The notes: generated by a model from the letters alone, not told the origin. Positions 12,576 to 25,658 are shown, numbered from the whole stretch's first letter. The stretch: 56,107 nt of DNA, filler included, from Porpidia crustulata (GCA_964255105.1; 6 parts of 6 records of this genome joined end to end with filler, not necessarily neighbours in it); one strand, 5' to 3'. Numbers and translations: made by a program.

Positions 12576-14329
12576 GTTGAGGGGAAGGGGCAAGTTGAAT
12601 ATACAGAATCCTCTTAAAGTTAGGACAAAAGTGAACGCAGATATACTTGATATTTCACGTCAAGATTTGAAGACCAAGGTGGAGAAGAAAATAAGCTGTA
12701 TAGACATCCGAAATTCATCAAGAGGGGGCATCAACAATACCTTATGTATTTCAGCCAAGAGAAACCTCGGAGTTTTCACTCAAAACGGATGGCTCCTGAA
12801 TCAATCCCATACTCGCTATGAGGTAGTCCCACAAGGTAAGATTGACTTACAACTGTACGGGAAATCACTACTCAGCTGTGAAATCCAGCGCGGCAACGTG
12901 GGATGAGGTGACAGCCACCAAATGAGGTTTATGAAACCACTGGTAGTTCTCTGCGCTCTTCTGACGGTGATCTTTTGCCGAAGTCAGGAATGTAGGCGAA
13001 GCACAACAATTGTGACAGAGCTACTGCCGTCCCGCATCCTCATGCTGAAAGCTCAAGCACTTTTTGATGGCACAGTTGCCAGAATGAAGGGACTTGCAAT
13101 CCTGACCGTGAGGATCGATTCTGTAGTGGGCTCAGCTTGACAGTCTCTACATCATGACTGCAGTGAGGCAACCCATTCTGCACAGAAGTAGGCCTCAAAT
13201 ATTATCACTGCACTCAGGCACGGTCAGCCAGGATGGGTCTCTGGCCTTCGTCTGCGCAGGCTCGCGTGGAATGCTCACGTGGAAATCTCCAAAGCCGTTG
13301 TCCCGGTAAACGCCTCAGAGAGCTCGGAGAAATTTTAAACCAACAGCAAACGAATCCGGGGTTGTGACTACCTACTACAACAGAACCTTATGCAACGATC
13401 GACACCGGAGCTTGAGGTATTGTCACGGAAAGGGTAGGTACAAGCTGCATTAGTGTGTTGCTGTTTCAATTAGCACTCGTATCATCACAGCAGAGGGGGT
13501 GACATGAGTCCACAGTGGAAACCAGTAATTTTGCAGATGTGACTGACGATATCAGCGGCAGGATCCTGTGCGACATTGGTGACTTTCACTCTTGCAGAGC
13601 AAATAAGTGGTAATATCTTATTACGCCCGCACATAGCCTCTGCAGGACGCCTTTTGTTAATCTAAGAGTAGCATTTACAGATTTATTGAGCGGATTAAAT
13701 TCAATGTTTTTTCTAGTCCTGGATCTGCGTATCGTAGTCCCAGTGACAAGGTCGACATCTTGTATGAAACTGAGGACAAAGAATGATTGGCGCGTCTACT
13801 TACCCTTTCAAGACAAGAAGTGATTCTAAATGCATGAAGGCAATCGCATCTGCAGAGTGACGATCGAAAACGTTCGAAAGAGCGTGCATGTGTAGGATTG
13901 AAGAAACGAGGCAACTAGGCTACGAGAACTTACTGATGAGAAATATCCAGCAACATCCAGGTCGTGGAGGTGTCCTCCATGTGAATCATGTTTCATACTA
14001 GACAGCTGAGATTATCAAGGTTAGCTTGATTCAACATAAGTTTATGTAAGTCGTACTTTGATGACTGCATAATTGGGGTAGATAAGATGCGAGCATTTCT
14101 TCCTAGGGTATGGCATTACGAAAACTGCCTCGATGATACGAAACATTGAAACCAGGGTAGCTTGATATGTAATCGAAATATATGGGTGCAATCCCAACTA
14201 CTGAGGCTTGATCTAAGAATAAAAGGAAGAAACCTGGATTTTGCTAACGTCGGCGCGACTAATAATCTCATGACCTTATCTGCTTGTAGTTACTCCTATG
14301 ACCACCCAGGAAATTGACGATCTTGGACT

Positions 14330-14788
14330 TCAAAGTAAAATTTCGCGACACTGTGAGCACTTCTGAAACCCGCAACTTATGCAGCTATTGTATATTGAGG
14401 ATATATGTGGACCTGTGGGGCAATTTTGACAGCAATACCAGTAACGTATGAGGGTCGGTCCAGGATCTGAGCGGCGAGGGCTGGTTCTGTTGATGCTTTC
14501 TGGCAAGGTGTAATGTCCGTCATCATAATTTGTACGCCGCAGGGAATCCCTACCAAATGGTTGAGTGCTGGCATTCGAGGGGTGATGGGTTTCGGTTGCC
14601 GGGCTTCGCTGTGGATGTTGTGCCAGCTGAGAATGGGTGGTTGGTGAACGCTGAGCGACCGTCGAAAGACTCTGTTGAGCAGCTCGATGCACAGGGCTCA
14701 CATATTGAAGCTCAGTCAACTGGCTTGGCCGTCTACCCGATGGATCTGGTGGATAGAAAAAATACACTGGTGAGCTATTGTAAGTCAT
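14330..14788 (-). CDS. ~152-aa Ser/Pro/Gln-rich protein with C-terminal Cys-rich WYCC..GP module, array member C
   Basis: First ATG 14788; the ORF ends RYWYCCQNCPTGPHISSIYNSCISCGFQKCSQCREILL*. Confidence 0.7.
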   Translation of the reverse strand: MTYNSSPVYFFYPPDPSGRRPSQLTELQYVSPVHRAAQQSLSTVAQRSPTTHSQLAQHPQRSPATETHHPSNASTQPFGRDSLRRTNYDDGHYTLPESINRTSPRRSDPGPTLIRYWYCCQNCPTGPHISSIYNSCISCGFQKCSQCREILL

Positions 14789-16589
14789 ACCAGAGCGTAG
14801 CCGGCCGTCTGCTGGTTGACGACTCTGTTCCACATCAGCAGATATCACAAGAGATGTTTAGGACTCCCTACAGAAGACATTGACTGATCTGATGTGGAAT
14901 CACAGCAAAACCGAGTTGAAGTATATAAGAGTGCAGTAATAGTAAGGGATTGATCAAGGATATTAGAAAATACTTGAAAAATAAGTATATATTGAATGGA
15001 AAGATTAGACAATACTATATATGAATCTATGGTAGTAATAGCTACCGTGTGCGGATAAAACTTCAGGGCTTTGACAATAGAATACGGAAATCCCCTCTGC
15101 CAATTCCTATTCCTGACCAGGAGGGAGGAGTCACGCCAATAACGTATGCCTACAAAGCTACGCCCTCATGAGACGGAAATCGTGGATGATGCGTGTGATA
15201 CAAAAATCGGGGACTAGTTAAGCTACACCGGTGGAAAATCATACAGAAAGTCGTTGGTGCGGTGTCGTGCCGATACATTCAAGTGGCTAGTCCATCCCCA
15301 ACAGTCAGCAAGACTTGCTCTGAGGCAGACGCTTGAACCCAAGTATCTTCAATCGTCATTTCAGGTGGCTTAGATCAAGCACTTGGCCGGGTGAAATCCA
15401 ATTTGGCTGGAATCCTTGACGAGGGCGATAAAGAGATCCAGCAGTATTATACGTTCGTCCGTATAAGCCTGTAGGGGGCTTAGGGAGAAGGCAAAGGATA
15501 TAACCGCTCCCTTGCCCATATCAGGAGCTCTTGGAACCTGGTTCACGTTTCCACAGCTCATGGGAATTTGACCCCCGATACTCGGCGTCCTTGCGCTTAA
15601 TAGTAATGTGACCGCATACTTCAATTCATTTAGAACTTGGTTCAAGAACCTTCGCCTTGGCGTCGGTGTCATCGCATGATCTCAGCTTTCACGTAAAGGG
15701 GAAGTCGTCCTTGATCAAGAGCATGAGGGATGCTTTTCGCCAAGAAGTTACCATCTAGCGAAGGTGCTGCGGCATAATTGAGCGGGAGCGCCTCGTTCGG
15801 CACACGTCGTAGAAATTGAGGCATTGTTTCGGCAGCCTGAGAAAATGCCGACTCTTACCGGCGTTTCCTGAGGTTCGTACAGCCTTCTCTTTGCTCCCTT
15901 GTGTGATCAACTAGGCTTGGTCCGTCGAGAAGGCGAAGTCAAAGTATGACTGAGAGTCCGGACTATGGTGAGGCACCAAGGCTCTGTTGGTTGTAGTGTT
16001 CGCGCATCTACCTGTATGTAATTGCTACACCTTCCGAGCAGGTGCCTTATATTTGCGCAAGAGGCAGTGTAGAAACGGTTGCGCCCTGCCCAGAGGGCAG
16101 GAGATTAGCGGTTTATCATCATGTGCAATCCTTAGGCAGAAAGGTAATCCTTGACATGATCAAGCATGGAGTGACACGGAGCGACGCGAGCCAACGTGTA
16201 TAATGGATCATACAGAGACATTGACTGCAGAAGGTGCCGATCAAGTAAGGTAAAATCAGGTAGTCAAGGTATCCACGAAGGTAATATGGAAGCCGAGTAA
16301 GGTACCTGACACGTATGTGGATGACTCAGCAGAAATTGGCGGAAATAGGGAATAAGCCGCGAATGCTCGGACTTGGAGGAAATGTCAATTATCTAATACT
16401 TACCTACAGTCTATGGATTACCCAGTCTGGAACACCTAAGTATTTACGAATCTCACAAGCATTTGGGTTCGAACAAGCTAGATTCCACCCTGTCAGTCAC
16501 ATTCAGTCTCTGCCTGCTCGGTCTATCTACTATGAGCATCTACCCTGCCCGACCAGTCTTGAGCACTTGCTCTATAGATAGAGGTTCCT

Positions 16590-18373
16590 ATGGCGCCGAC
16601 GACTATTGACCAGAAAGCTGTCAACCTTTGGACTGCAAGAATCATACCGGTTGTTCTCGTCGGAATAGTGGGATATGTGACTTGGGTGGTGGTCGTGCTT
16701 GTATGCGGTCAGGAACCTTGTGAACGTCACCACGATGTGAAATTGACAGTTGACAGTTGATTATCTCCTGAAGCCACTGGTTACTGTCCGGAGTCCACGT
16801 CCTCACTCAGCAATCGGTATTCTCGTTGGATATTCCATCTTATTATTGCTCATTGCGACTACCTACTTCCGACTATTTTACGTTGTCGCGACAAACCCAG
16901 GCTACGTCCCGAGAGGTCCTCAATGGCATGCTGTGCAGAATGATCGGAAGAAGCAGGGAAGGCACACCAAGAAGAATAAATCGAGAAAGGACACGAATAG
17001 CTCCGGGACCAATAATCTCGAAGAGAAGGTGCATAGTCCCACTCGGCAAGGCGCTACTGAAGTCCGTTTGGATTCCCATCATAGTCGGGCTTATATCAAT
17101 CAACCCAGTGGATCTAGACCTTTAAGTGGAGGGGATCCGGCGCCTGATTTACGAGATTTCTACTCTAGAGATGTCTTCGCTTGCGAAGGCGATGGTCGGC
17201 CTATATGGTGTTCTACTTGTTGGAATTGGAAGCCAGATCGTGCTCATCACTGCCGTGAGTCTGGACGCTGCGTCAAAAAGATGGATCATTTCTGCCCTTG
17301 GTAAGTACTCTCCATTATATCGTTTGATTTGGAAAAGCATCGACAATGTAGTATTACACTACGGGATATTTGGAAAAATGATCTAACAGCTATAACTTGC
17401 ATAGGGTCGGAGGAGTGGTATCTGAAACTAGTTTCAAGTTCTTTTTGCTCTTCAACGCATGGACGGCAGTTTATTGTATATTTATCCTTATATTCATGGC
17501 AGTATTCGTAAATGAACAGGTAAGTCCCGATTGCCTAACATCTCATTCGCGCCCTACATGCATGAATGGCGCCCGCACACCATCCTGCAGTCCACATCTC
17601 TGAGGACAACCCTGACCCTTGAACATACCACAAACAACCTGGCCCTGTAGCACAGCAGAGAACCTTGTCTCAACATCAAGTTAAAAGCATCAGGCTGACA
17701 TTTTTGACATGTAGATCGGTCACTCCAACGTCCATTTTATCGCAGTCGTAGCTCTGTGAGTCCGACTCTTTCGTATGATTACCAACAACAACTAATTAAT
17801 TTTCCCAGCGCTGCCCTTTTCGGGCTTTTCACCATGGGCATGACCCTCTCCTCCCTCCAGTTTGCACTTCTCAACACCACTACTATCGAGAATCTGTCCC
17901 GCAAAACCAAAGTCTGGACCCTAGCGATCTACATGTCCCGCCCACCCTCACCACAGTCTCTCTTCCCACGATTCCAAATCATTACTTACCCATTAGCCCC
18001 AACCCTCACAAACACTGATGATGCAAATGTTGCGCCACCATCACTTCCATCGCCCCCTCCAGTCGGCCCAGCAAGGACATTTGCAATCCTGCACACGAAG
18101 CCCGGCCAGAATCCCTGGGATCTCGGACCCTGGCGAAACTTCAAATCCGTCATGGGCGAACGATGGTACGATTGGTTCCTGCCCATCAAACACAGCCCGT
18201 GCTCTCGCCACTCCGGAATGGAGAGCCAATTCGAGGTTGGACCGGTCGTTCAACAAATGAGAGAGGATGCGGGGATAGCGCTGCCTCACGGTGAAGATGA
18301 AAAGCCGTCCCACAGAAAAAGGAGGAGGAGGAAGAGCACGAGCCGGGGTACTAGGAGGGAGGGAGAGATGTAG
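16590..18373 (+). CDS. PFA5: DHHC-family palmitoyltransferase Pfa5
   Basis: [32 protein letters not shown]...; Cys-rich domain [51 protein letters not shown] and NPWDLG motifs in the C-terminal exon. Confidence 0.9.
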
Positions 18374-18647
18374 ACGGAGGGGGACAGGTGGAATGAAAGC
18401 CTACGTTTTGACGCAGGGGAATGTCCGAATTGCATCTTGTGGGTAGCGAATTCATGGAAGCATTACGGTAGAGATTCAACTGGGATTACATAAACACATA
18501 TAGACGAACCACAAACTTAAGGCTTAGGCGTTCTTTTTTTTACACGCCGGAATCACATATTGTGTCATTGATCAATCCAAAACGTGCACAATCATCCATA
18601 TCAGACCTTTGGCGCGTATTCTCTGTCAAATGAATCTTGGTTTTTGC

Positions 18648-18747
18648 NNNNNNNNNNNNNNNNNNNNNNNNNNNNNNNNNNNNNNNNNNNNTTAATTAAT
18701 TAANNNNNNNNNNNNNNNNNNNNNNNNNNNNNNNNNNNNNNNNNNNN
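18648..18747. other. Artificial contig spacer
   Basis: N44-TTAATTAATTAA-N44. Confidence 0.98.
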
Positions 18748-18823
18748 AGACGGGGAGAGGAGAGATAGAGACGGGGAGAGGAGAGATAGAGACGGGGAGA
18801 GGAGAGATAGAGACGGGGAGAGG
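18748..18823. repeat. Purine-rich minisatellite, 21-bp unit AGACGGGGAGAGGAGAGATAG x3.6, truncated by the contig start
   Basis: Perfect copies at 18748, 18769 and 18790, partial copy at 18811. Confidence 0.92.
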
Positions 18824-19630
18824 CGGTGAGGTAGTGATGGAATTGGAGACACTTGTTTGCTCGGACACTCATTTGCTCGCACCTGCTTTACCTTGATTTT
18901 TTGCGTGTCATTCTTTCCTACCGTGGCTTATCAGCTGCAGTTGGTTTCCAAGATAACGATTGAACTTTCCAACTTGATTTCAGTCGATCCTATACAATGT
19001 TGAAGCCCTTCATGTCTGATCCAACCAGCATCCAGAGGCATTTGAAAGCCTTGCGAATGAATACTACTGCCATGAAATCTTCTAACACAGCCAGTAAACA
19101 TAGATCCAATTGAATTGAAACCCCTTTTGATTACGCTGCTTAATGGCTTTAATTTTAGACATAAGGCGGCTTTTCGTGGTAGTCGTGATGATATGGACTT
19201 GACGTATGGAAAGATATGTATCTGGCCTTCGATCTTAAGGTAAACTCAACTTGTGATCATGAAATCTCCTTCTTGAAGTATATCCTTGAGAAAACGGATG
19301 TGGTTCGTAACCAGGCTGTTTCAGGGCTTTTCCAAGACTAAAAGCTTATCTCTAGCGACTTGCAAGCCCGCCCGTATTTGCTTGCCGATTCTACTGAGCC
19401 TCTCCGCTGCCGCCTCGAGATTTACGCTATCGTTGATTTTTAGATCGAGGCTGGGTGGCTGGTTGAGGTCTTCTCTCTATTTCTTTTTAGCGCCTCAAAT
19501 GCAACGCCAAGCTTAAGCGAGTTCTCCGCACTCCTTAAAACTAGCCTGAGAATCCGCCTACTCAGGATTTTCGACATCACAACCTTTAGCATCGCGATTT
19601 CAATAACCTCAGTAACGAAATTTCGCGACC

Positions 19631-21705
19631 ATGGTATCCACAGGGAAAGTATGCCTCGCTTACTCGGGCGGTCTGGACACATCATGTATATTAAAATGGC
19701 TACTTGAACAAGGCTACACGGTGGTTTGCTTTCTTGCAGATGTGGGACAGGTAAGGGGCATCGTAATTCGCATCAATTTGATGGCACGATTTGTGGTGAT
19801 CAAATAGAATGATTAACTGAATGGTACATAGGAGGAAGACTGGGACCAAGTCCGTGCTAAAGCAACAAAGATTGGAGCGTCGAAGATGATCATCAAGGAC
19901 ATACGTCGGACCTTCATCGAGGACTTGTGCCTCCGCGCCATCCAGTGTAACGCGCAGTATGAAGGTAGATACTTACTTGGGACGAGTCTTGCCCGCCCGG
20001 TCATTGCACGAGCTCAGATGCAAGTTGCATTAGAAGAAGGCTGTAAGTACTGCTGGGTCGTATTCAGTCAGGTGTATGCTAAGGGAGACTCGCAGGCCAA
20101 TATGTTAGCCATGGGTATGTGCCAACCGTAAATCCTCTAGAATCTCTCAGTACTTCACATTGTCCTTCTGTCAATCTCTAGAAAAATTTGAAAGATAATT
20201 TCACTAACCCCTATTTTGTAGATGTACGGCAAGTATATTGTTCCTTCGCCCTAGGATTTTGCCATCTTTGCTACCAAAAAGATGAAATGCTTTCTACTAT
20301 AGCTCCAATTCCTCCATAATGGTGGCCTCTTCAATAGCTTTAAGCTCCTTCCTCAAATTCAAATACTAACTTGCGATAACAGGGAAAGGGGAATGATCAA
20401 GTCCGCTTTGAACTAGCCTTCCTTACCATAGATCCGAAGATCAAGATTATTGCTCCCTGGCGGATACCTCAATTCTTCGAGCGCTTTCAAGGGAGGAACG
20501 ATCTTCTTGAATATGCAGCTGAGATGGGGATTCCCGTGACTTCTACTAAGGCCAAGCCGTACAGTATGGATGATAATCTCGCACATTGTAGTTATGAAAG
20601 CGGACAATTGGAGGATCCATCCCAACCTCCTCCTAACGACATGTGGACCCGGTGAGATTCTTTTCTCTTTGCATTTAGAGACATCACCTTTTGAAAGCTA
20701 ATACGCTATAGCACTAACGATCCTATGACTGCACCGTCTACTCCACAAGATGTTACCATCCGATTCACAAAGGGTATTCCGGTCAAGGTCAGCTCCGACG
20801 GTAAAGATTTTACGGATAGCCTAGAGCTCTTCATCGCCTTGCACGAAATTGGCAAACTTCACGGTATCGGCAGGATTGATATTGTTGAGGTTTGTATCGA
20901 CATTCTCGGTTTTGTGACGTGCTGACTTTCAAAGAACCGTTTTGTGGGAATCAAGTCACGAGGATGCTATGATGCACCAGCCATGACAATTGTGAGTTTC
21001 TAGGATTCGTGGGTTATAGCTTTTGTGGAGGGCTCCATATATTTCTGGCCTTAATCATCCCCATCAGTCCCTTATGTGACTCACTTTCATCTTCGATCTT
21101 TGAGTAGTACTCAATATAGAAGCTGACTTTTATTAATAGCTACGGGCAGCCCACTTGGACCTTGAAGGTCTTGTCATGGACGGAAAGGTGCGATCCCTCC
21201 GCGACCAATTCGTCACCCATTCATGGTCAGAGATCCTATATAACGGGCTGTAAGACAACGTGACGCCTTTTTTCAATTACTGGCGCTGACATTTCTCGAT
21301 ATAGCTACTTCTCGCCTGAGAGAGAATTTGTAGAGAACAGTCTCGTGTTCTCCCAGCAGCGAGTCGTATGTTCTGATCTACAGCCCTTGGGCCTCGGCGA
21401 CTAACGGTTTTCTAGAACGGCGAGGTTCGTCTTCGGTGCTATCGTGGTAACTGTTTCATTCTAGGGAGATCGTCTGAAACCGAGAAATTGTACTCTGAAG
21501 AGGAGTCGTCAATGGACTCCCTAGTAAACTTCAGTCCCGTTGATACAAGTAGGTTCAGATTCTAGGGTTGACCTTTAGTATCGTGCGTTTTCGCCTATGC
21601 TTTGATTCTGACTTTTGTACAGCTGGCTTTATCAACATCAATGCTATCCGTCTAAAAAAATACGGACTTCAGAAGTTGGAGGAAGGCAACAGCTTGGGAA
21701 AATAA
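19631..21705 (+). CDS. ARG1: Argininosuccinate synthase
   Basis: 11 exons reconstructed: [24 protein letters not shown]..., [59 protein letters not shown], ending [19 protein letters not shown]. Confidence 0.97.
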
Positions 21706-23500
21706 TAGCATGTGGGATCGAACGACGACGTGTAAGATCACTCAATAATCTGGACCAAGCAGCGAACCATCCAATGTGCCTAGAAAAATTGCAATTCTAT
21801 GATCTTTCACTGGGAATGCGAAAAGTCATGATACCATAAGCGGCCAAAAGGTCGCTAACAGATTGATACCATCGAATATTAATAATACCAAAACTAATTT
21901 CACGAACCTATCGCTCCATTTCAACTGGCGTTCGCAAATCAAAAGCGCTTTTGAAGCCGTAATGTAACAAGAGAAAATAACGATATTGCCGAATTCTAGT
22001 GTTCTCCGGATTAGACCTGTGCCGCTCGAAGTATCTCGACCTCTCGCATCCCCCTTGTATGGTGCTATGCTGTCAAATAAGCAACCCATTCTCAAACTAA
22101 TCCGGAATTCCCCGGAGCCATTTCCATCCACATTGATCCGTCCCTCAAATCTACGATCAAAAAACGTGAACAGATGATCTGATATTGATTTTCCTGGGAG
22201 CGCCGCAAAACAAACGGCCTCGCGATTTCGAGTATGAGAGCTACAAGGCCTCCTACCGGAGTGTGTCGGGAGCCGGTACCAAGGTAATCTTGAGAGTTTT
22301 TCGAGAGAGTTTGCGTCTTCTCCATTTCTACGCTGTGGTATCAAGATAGTTGTATGGCACCGAGTCCGTGCCGATGCGCGTGGCGACAGCCAATGTCACT
22401 ATCTAATACCATACTTGCAAATCTTGCATTTCATTCTTCTTTGACCCCCGAGACAACTCAAGTCATCAGGAGTCCAAAGATGGCATTTCTGATTACACTA
22501 CCTCCCTTAATTTTTCTCAAACTAAATTCTCATTCCCAAGAATGATTGGTAGCTGGGGGCCTTGAAAAGCTTTGAGTCATGAGAAGGTAGGGTAATATGC
22601 AGACCTTGATGGCTGCATCAGCTGAAAAGCACCTTGATCAGCATATCTTATCTCTTTCCCTTACTTCATCTTCTCACCTATCTAGCCAATGCGGATTTTC
22701 TTTGCGGTATTCCTTATTTCTTTATAACAAGTTGGGCTTTTTCATCGAGAAAGCCGTTTCTGGTGGTCTGAAGCTGCTTGAGGGCTGAGCAGTGAGAGGC
22801 TGGCAATGAGAAAATGTATATGCCGTCATGTATTTTGGATTTTGGATTTTGGATTTATCCTAGAGAATGTCTTCATTCTTCCGGGATTTTCTTTTTATAG
22901 GGTTCAGCTACGGTGCGAACACATTGAACCGCGTGTGTAGGAAAAAGCTCAGCTCATACCTTATCCTGATCATGTTTCATGTATTACCCCTATATATTTA
23001 AAAAAACACAACCTTGCTGTGCAACACTTTTAATGATCTCCGAGCTGTTCATTCTGCATCATCCCTCCTCAATATCAGAAGCTCATCGAAGATATAACTC
23101 CACTTCTACTAGACAAGCAAGATGGAAAGCAATGCTGGATTTTCTGAGAAGAGAGGTCTTCGTTCGATAGCATATTGTGACGTGAGAATGTGATACCACG
23201 GTTTCTCTGATCAATCCTTTCTTCAATTTTCATTTCAGCTTCAATATGATCTAGCGTTTCTCAAACCCCGAAATCCTCTCAGCAACATGAGTAAGCTGAT
23301 CGTCGAGATGACGCGGTACTACCTTGACTGGCGACTGATCTGATATATTTGGTGCAATATCCTCTACTTTTGCCAACTCGGAACCAGCAGAATCCTGTTG
23401 CGACGAGGCTTAGCATTGATAGCTTTCTATCCCTTTGCATAAGCTTCGTTCTACTCATCGTCAAAAACCCCTTTCCATAGGATTAGTAGACATGACCGGG

Positions 23501-23824
23501 TCAACCCACATTTCTTGGATACTCAGCCGCTTCCTCCACGGTTAAGAGGTCGCCCCAGAGGTTGCCTTTGCTGGGGCAGTTACCCTTGTTGGTCCAGATA
23601 GTGTAGGTTTTGGTTTTGTAATCGTCTTCTTGAGGGTTGATAATTTTCTGAGCTTTTGCAGCCTTGATCTTGATCGTCCATTCGTGGGTGAAAGTACTTG
23701 GGGGAGGCTGGATGTTGTCAAACGGTATGTGCTATGCTTTGCTTTTGAGGTTTGGTTTGCCGACTGCAACAATGCGAGCGTCATCATCACGATGAGAACT
23801 TGGCCTATTTGGTCCGGAGCTCAT
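23501..23824 (-). pseudogene. Possible decayed hypothetical gene
   Basis: A 107-codon frame from ATG 23824 is interrupted by one TAG (23734-23732). Further stop-riddled but coding-looking frames continue toward ~22600. No family recognised. Confidence 0.25.
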
Positions 23825-24382
23825 ATGGGAGTAGTTGGTGGAAAGGAAAAAGGGGGCTGGAATTGAACATAAAGTGGTCCATCTGTGGAGAAATTATCAG
23901 GATGGAAAAGTGATTCGACTGATGAATGAATCTAGTAGTGGATCTGGTCATAGTTGAGAAAATCTGCACAAGGATCTCAAGAATTGTGAAAAATTCATGT
24001 ATGTTCGAGGCAATCAAAGACGATTGTTTACAGATTCTCAAGGAGACAGTAATGATCTTCTGCAGCAGCAGTCGAGGGAAAAGTGCGGACTGAGACGGCG
24101 AATGAACAAGTTGACGAAGGACGTTCATCAAGGAGAAGAAACCGTAGCCGGAAGCTTTATACACCGCTCCAGAAACTTGTTTACTATAAATTAGGATGGA
24201 CACCAATACACTAGCCTCGGTACCTAGCTCAGCCCTGTATTAAGGTACCCGAGAATAGCGAGTCGGAGTTATCAATCGGTCGATAGAGGATTATGTCGTG
24301 CTCACCGGCCAAAAAGGATAGCTACGGCTTGTCCTGAATTTAGTCCACCTAGAAGCACGCCTGTTTTCAGAATATCCGAAAC

Positions 24383-25410
24383 ATGCCACCCAGAAGGAAA
24401 ACTCGCGTGCCGCGAGTAGCTTCAATTCCATCTGGTGATGTGGTCAAGCAAGCAACAGATGAGGTTCAAACTCCAGTGAAAGACGATGTAATGAAAGACG
24501 ATGCAATCAACGCAAGCCTTCTTCCTGATGCCTGGACAGACGAACAAGAGTCATCTCTTTTCAGAGGAATGGTAAGGTGGAAGCCGGTGGGTGCGTTCTC
24601 TGAACCTATGAGAATCACCCGACGCAAAATGTGACATCAATAACACCCATCAGGCATGCATAAGCATTTCAGAATGATTGCAATTTCTCAGCATCTGAGA
24701 AACCATGGCTACACCTCCGCGAGAGATGATCACACAAGGATCCCTGGAATATGGGACAAGCTGGCGAAAGAGTACAACCTAGATGCGCTGGATGAGAGGG
24801 TCTGTTGATCATTGCTTGATCGTTGGCAGATGGCTAAGGCGCCTTGTGATCAGGAAAACTCAATGGGCGATGCCTTCCTAGACGATGACGAGCCTATGGA
24901 CGAGTGGTTCTCTCCTTTCACGCTTCCAGAAGATGATTTTGGAGAGATGATGTTCCTGAAGCGGCTGGCGCCAGATGGCTCCTCGTCGCCGCCATCCCTG
25001 CCAAACCAGCATTCAAACGGAGGTGGAGCGGCGACACCAAGGCGAACTACGATTGAAGACACCGACGGTGAATCCTACCCATTTCCATGGTAGATTGCAA
25101 ATTCCTGATCGGCTGAACAGACCCACGCTCGTCACCAGCTACTGTGAACGAACACAAATCTACACGTACTACCCGCGCGGCAAAAGGCACAAGAACCTCA
25201 CAGCTTCAAGAAGTAGCAATACCAGCGAGAGCGGGCAGGCGAGGTAGTAAAGCCTCAGTAGGTGAGGGAACGGAAGGTAATCGAACCGAAGATGCGGACA
25301 TGGAGGACGCTGCTTCGGAACCCAAGGGTGAGAGTAAAGAAGCCTCCCGTAGTACTTCAAAGCCCACAGGGGGCAGTAGTACGAGGCGAAAGAGTGGACG
25401 GCGAAGATGA
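24383..25410 (+). CDS. EAF7: NuA4 histone acetyltransferase subunit Eaf7 (CT20 family)
   Basis: Introns 24591-24653, 24800-24853, 25068-25120. Spliced WTDEQESSLFRGMVRWKPVGMHKHFRMIAISQHL...HTRIPGIWDKLAKEYNLDALDERE and FTLPEDDFGEMMF; basic C-terminus. Confidence 0.92.
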
Positions 25411-25658
25411 GGTTTGTGTGGGCTTATAGATCAGACGTTCATCAATCATAGGTTGACTAAATACCCTTCGCGGGCAAACGGATACTTCAATTCATTATGG
25501 TACATATTTCCACCGCCTACTGCATCGTTTGAATTAGACATCATGTGCAAAACGTGTATACCTTATGCATACCGCTCACTGATGCGACCAATGACCGAGT
25601 CAAAGAGTTGAAGAAAGGGAGTCGCCGTAGGGCTCGGCTATTCACCGCCGTTGCTGGA

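Noticed and set aside
12000..12593. 197-aa unspliced ORF from the track
   Set aside because: Better explained by the spliced gene 12575-12130; the unspliced C-terminus has no recognisable features.
14006..14052. CTGAGATTAT...CTTGAT...ATAA resembling a fungal TPP riboswitch core
   Set aside because: Lacks the ATAC/P2 and GCG-A-AGG elements and convincing P1-P3 pairing, and is not in an intron of a thiamine gene. An Rfam TPP cmsearch would settle it.
18748..18823. 21-bp direct repeats as a possible CRISPR array
   Set aside because: Head-to-tail with no spacers, low-complexity purine tract, eukaryotic context, no cas genes.
21076..21084. GTGACTCAC Gcn4/CpcA-type site inside an ARG1 intron
   Set aside because: Fits ARG1 biology, but the TGA(C/G)TCA core also occurs at 16322 and 22573 in unrelated contexts and none was seen in the ARG1 promoter; not distinguishable from chance.
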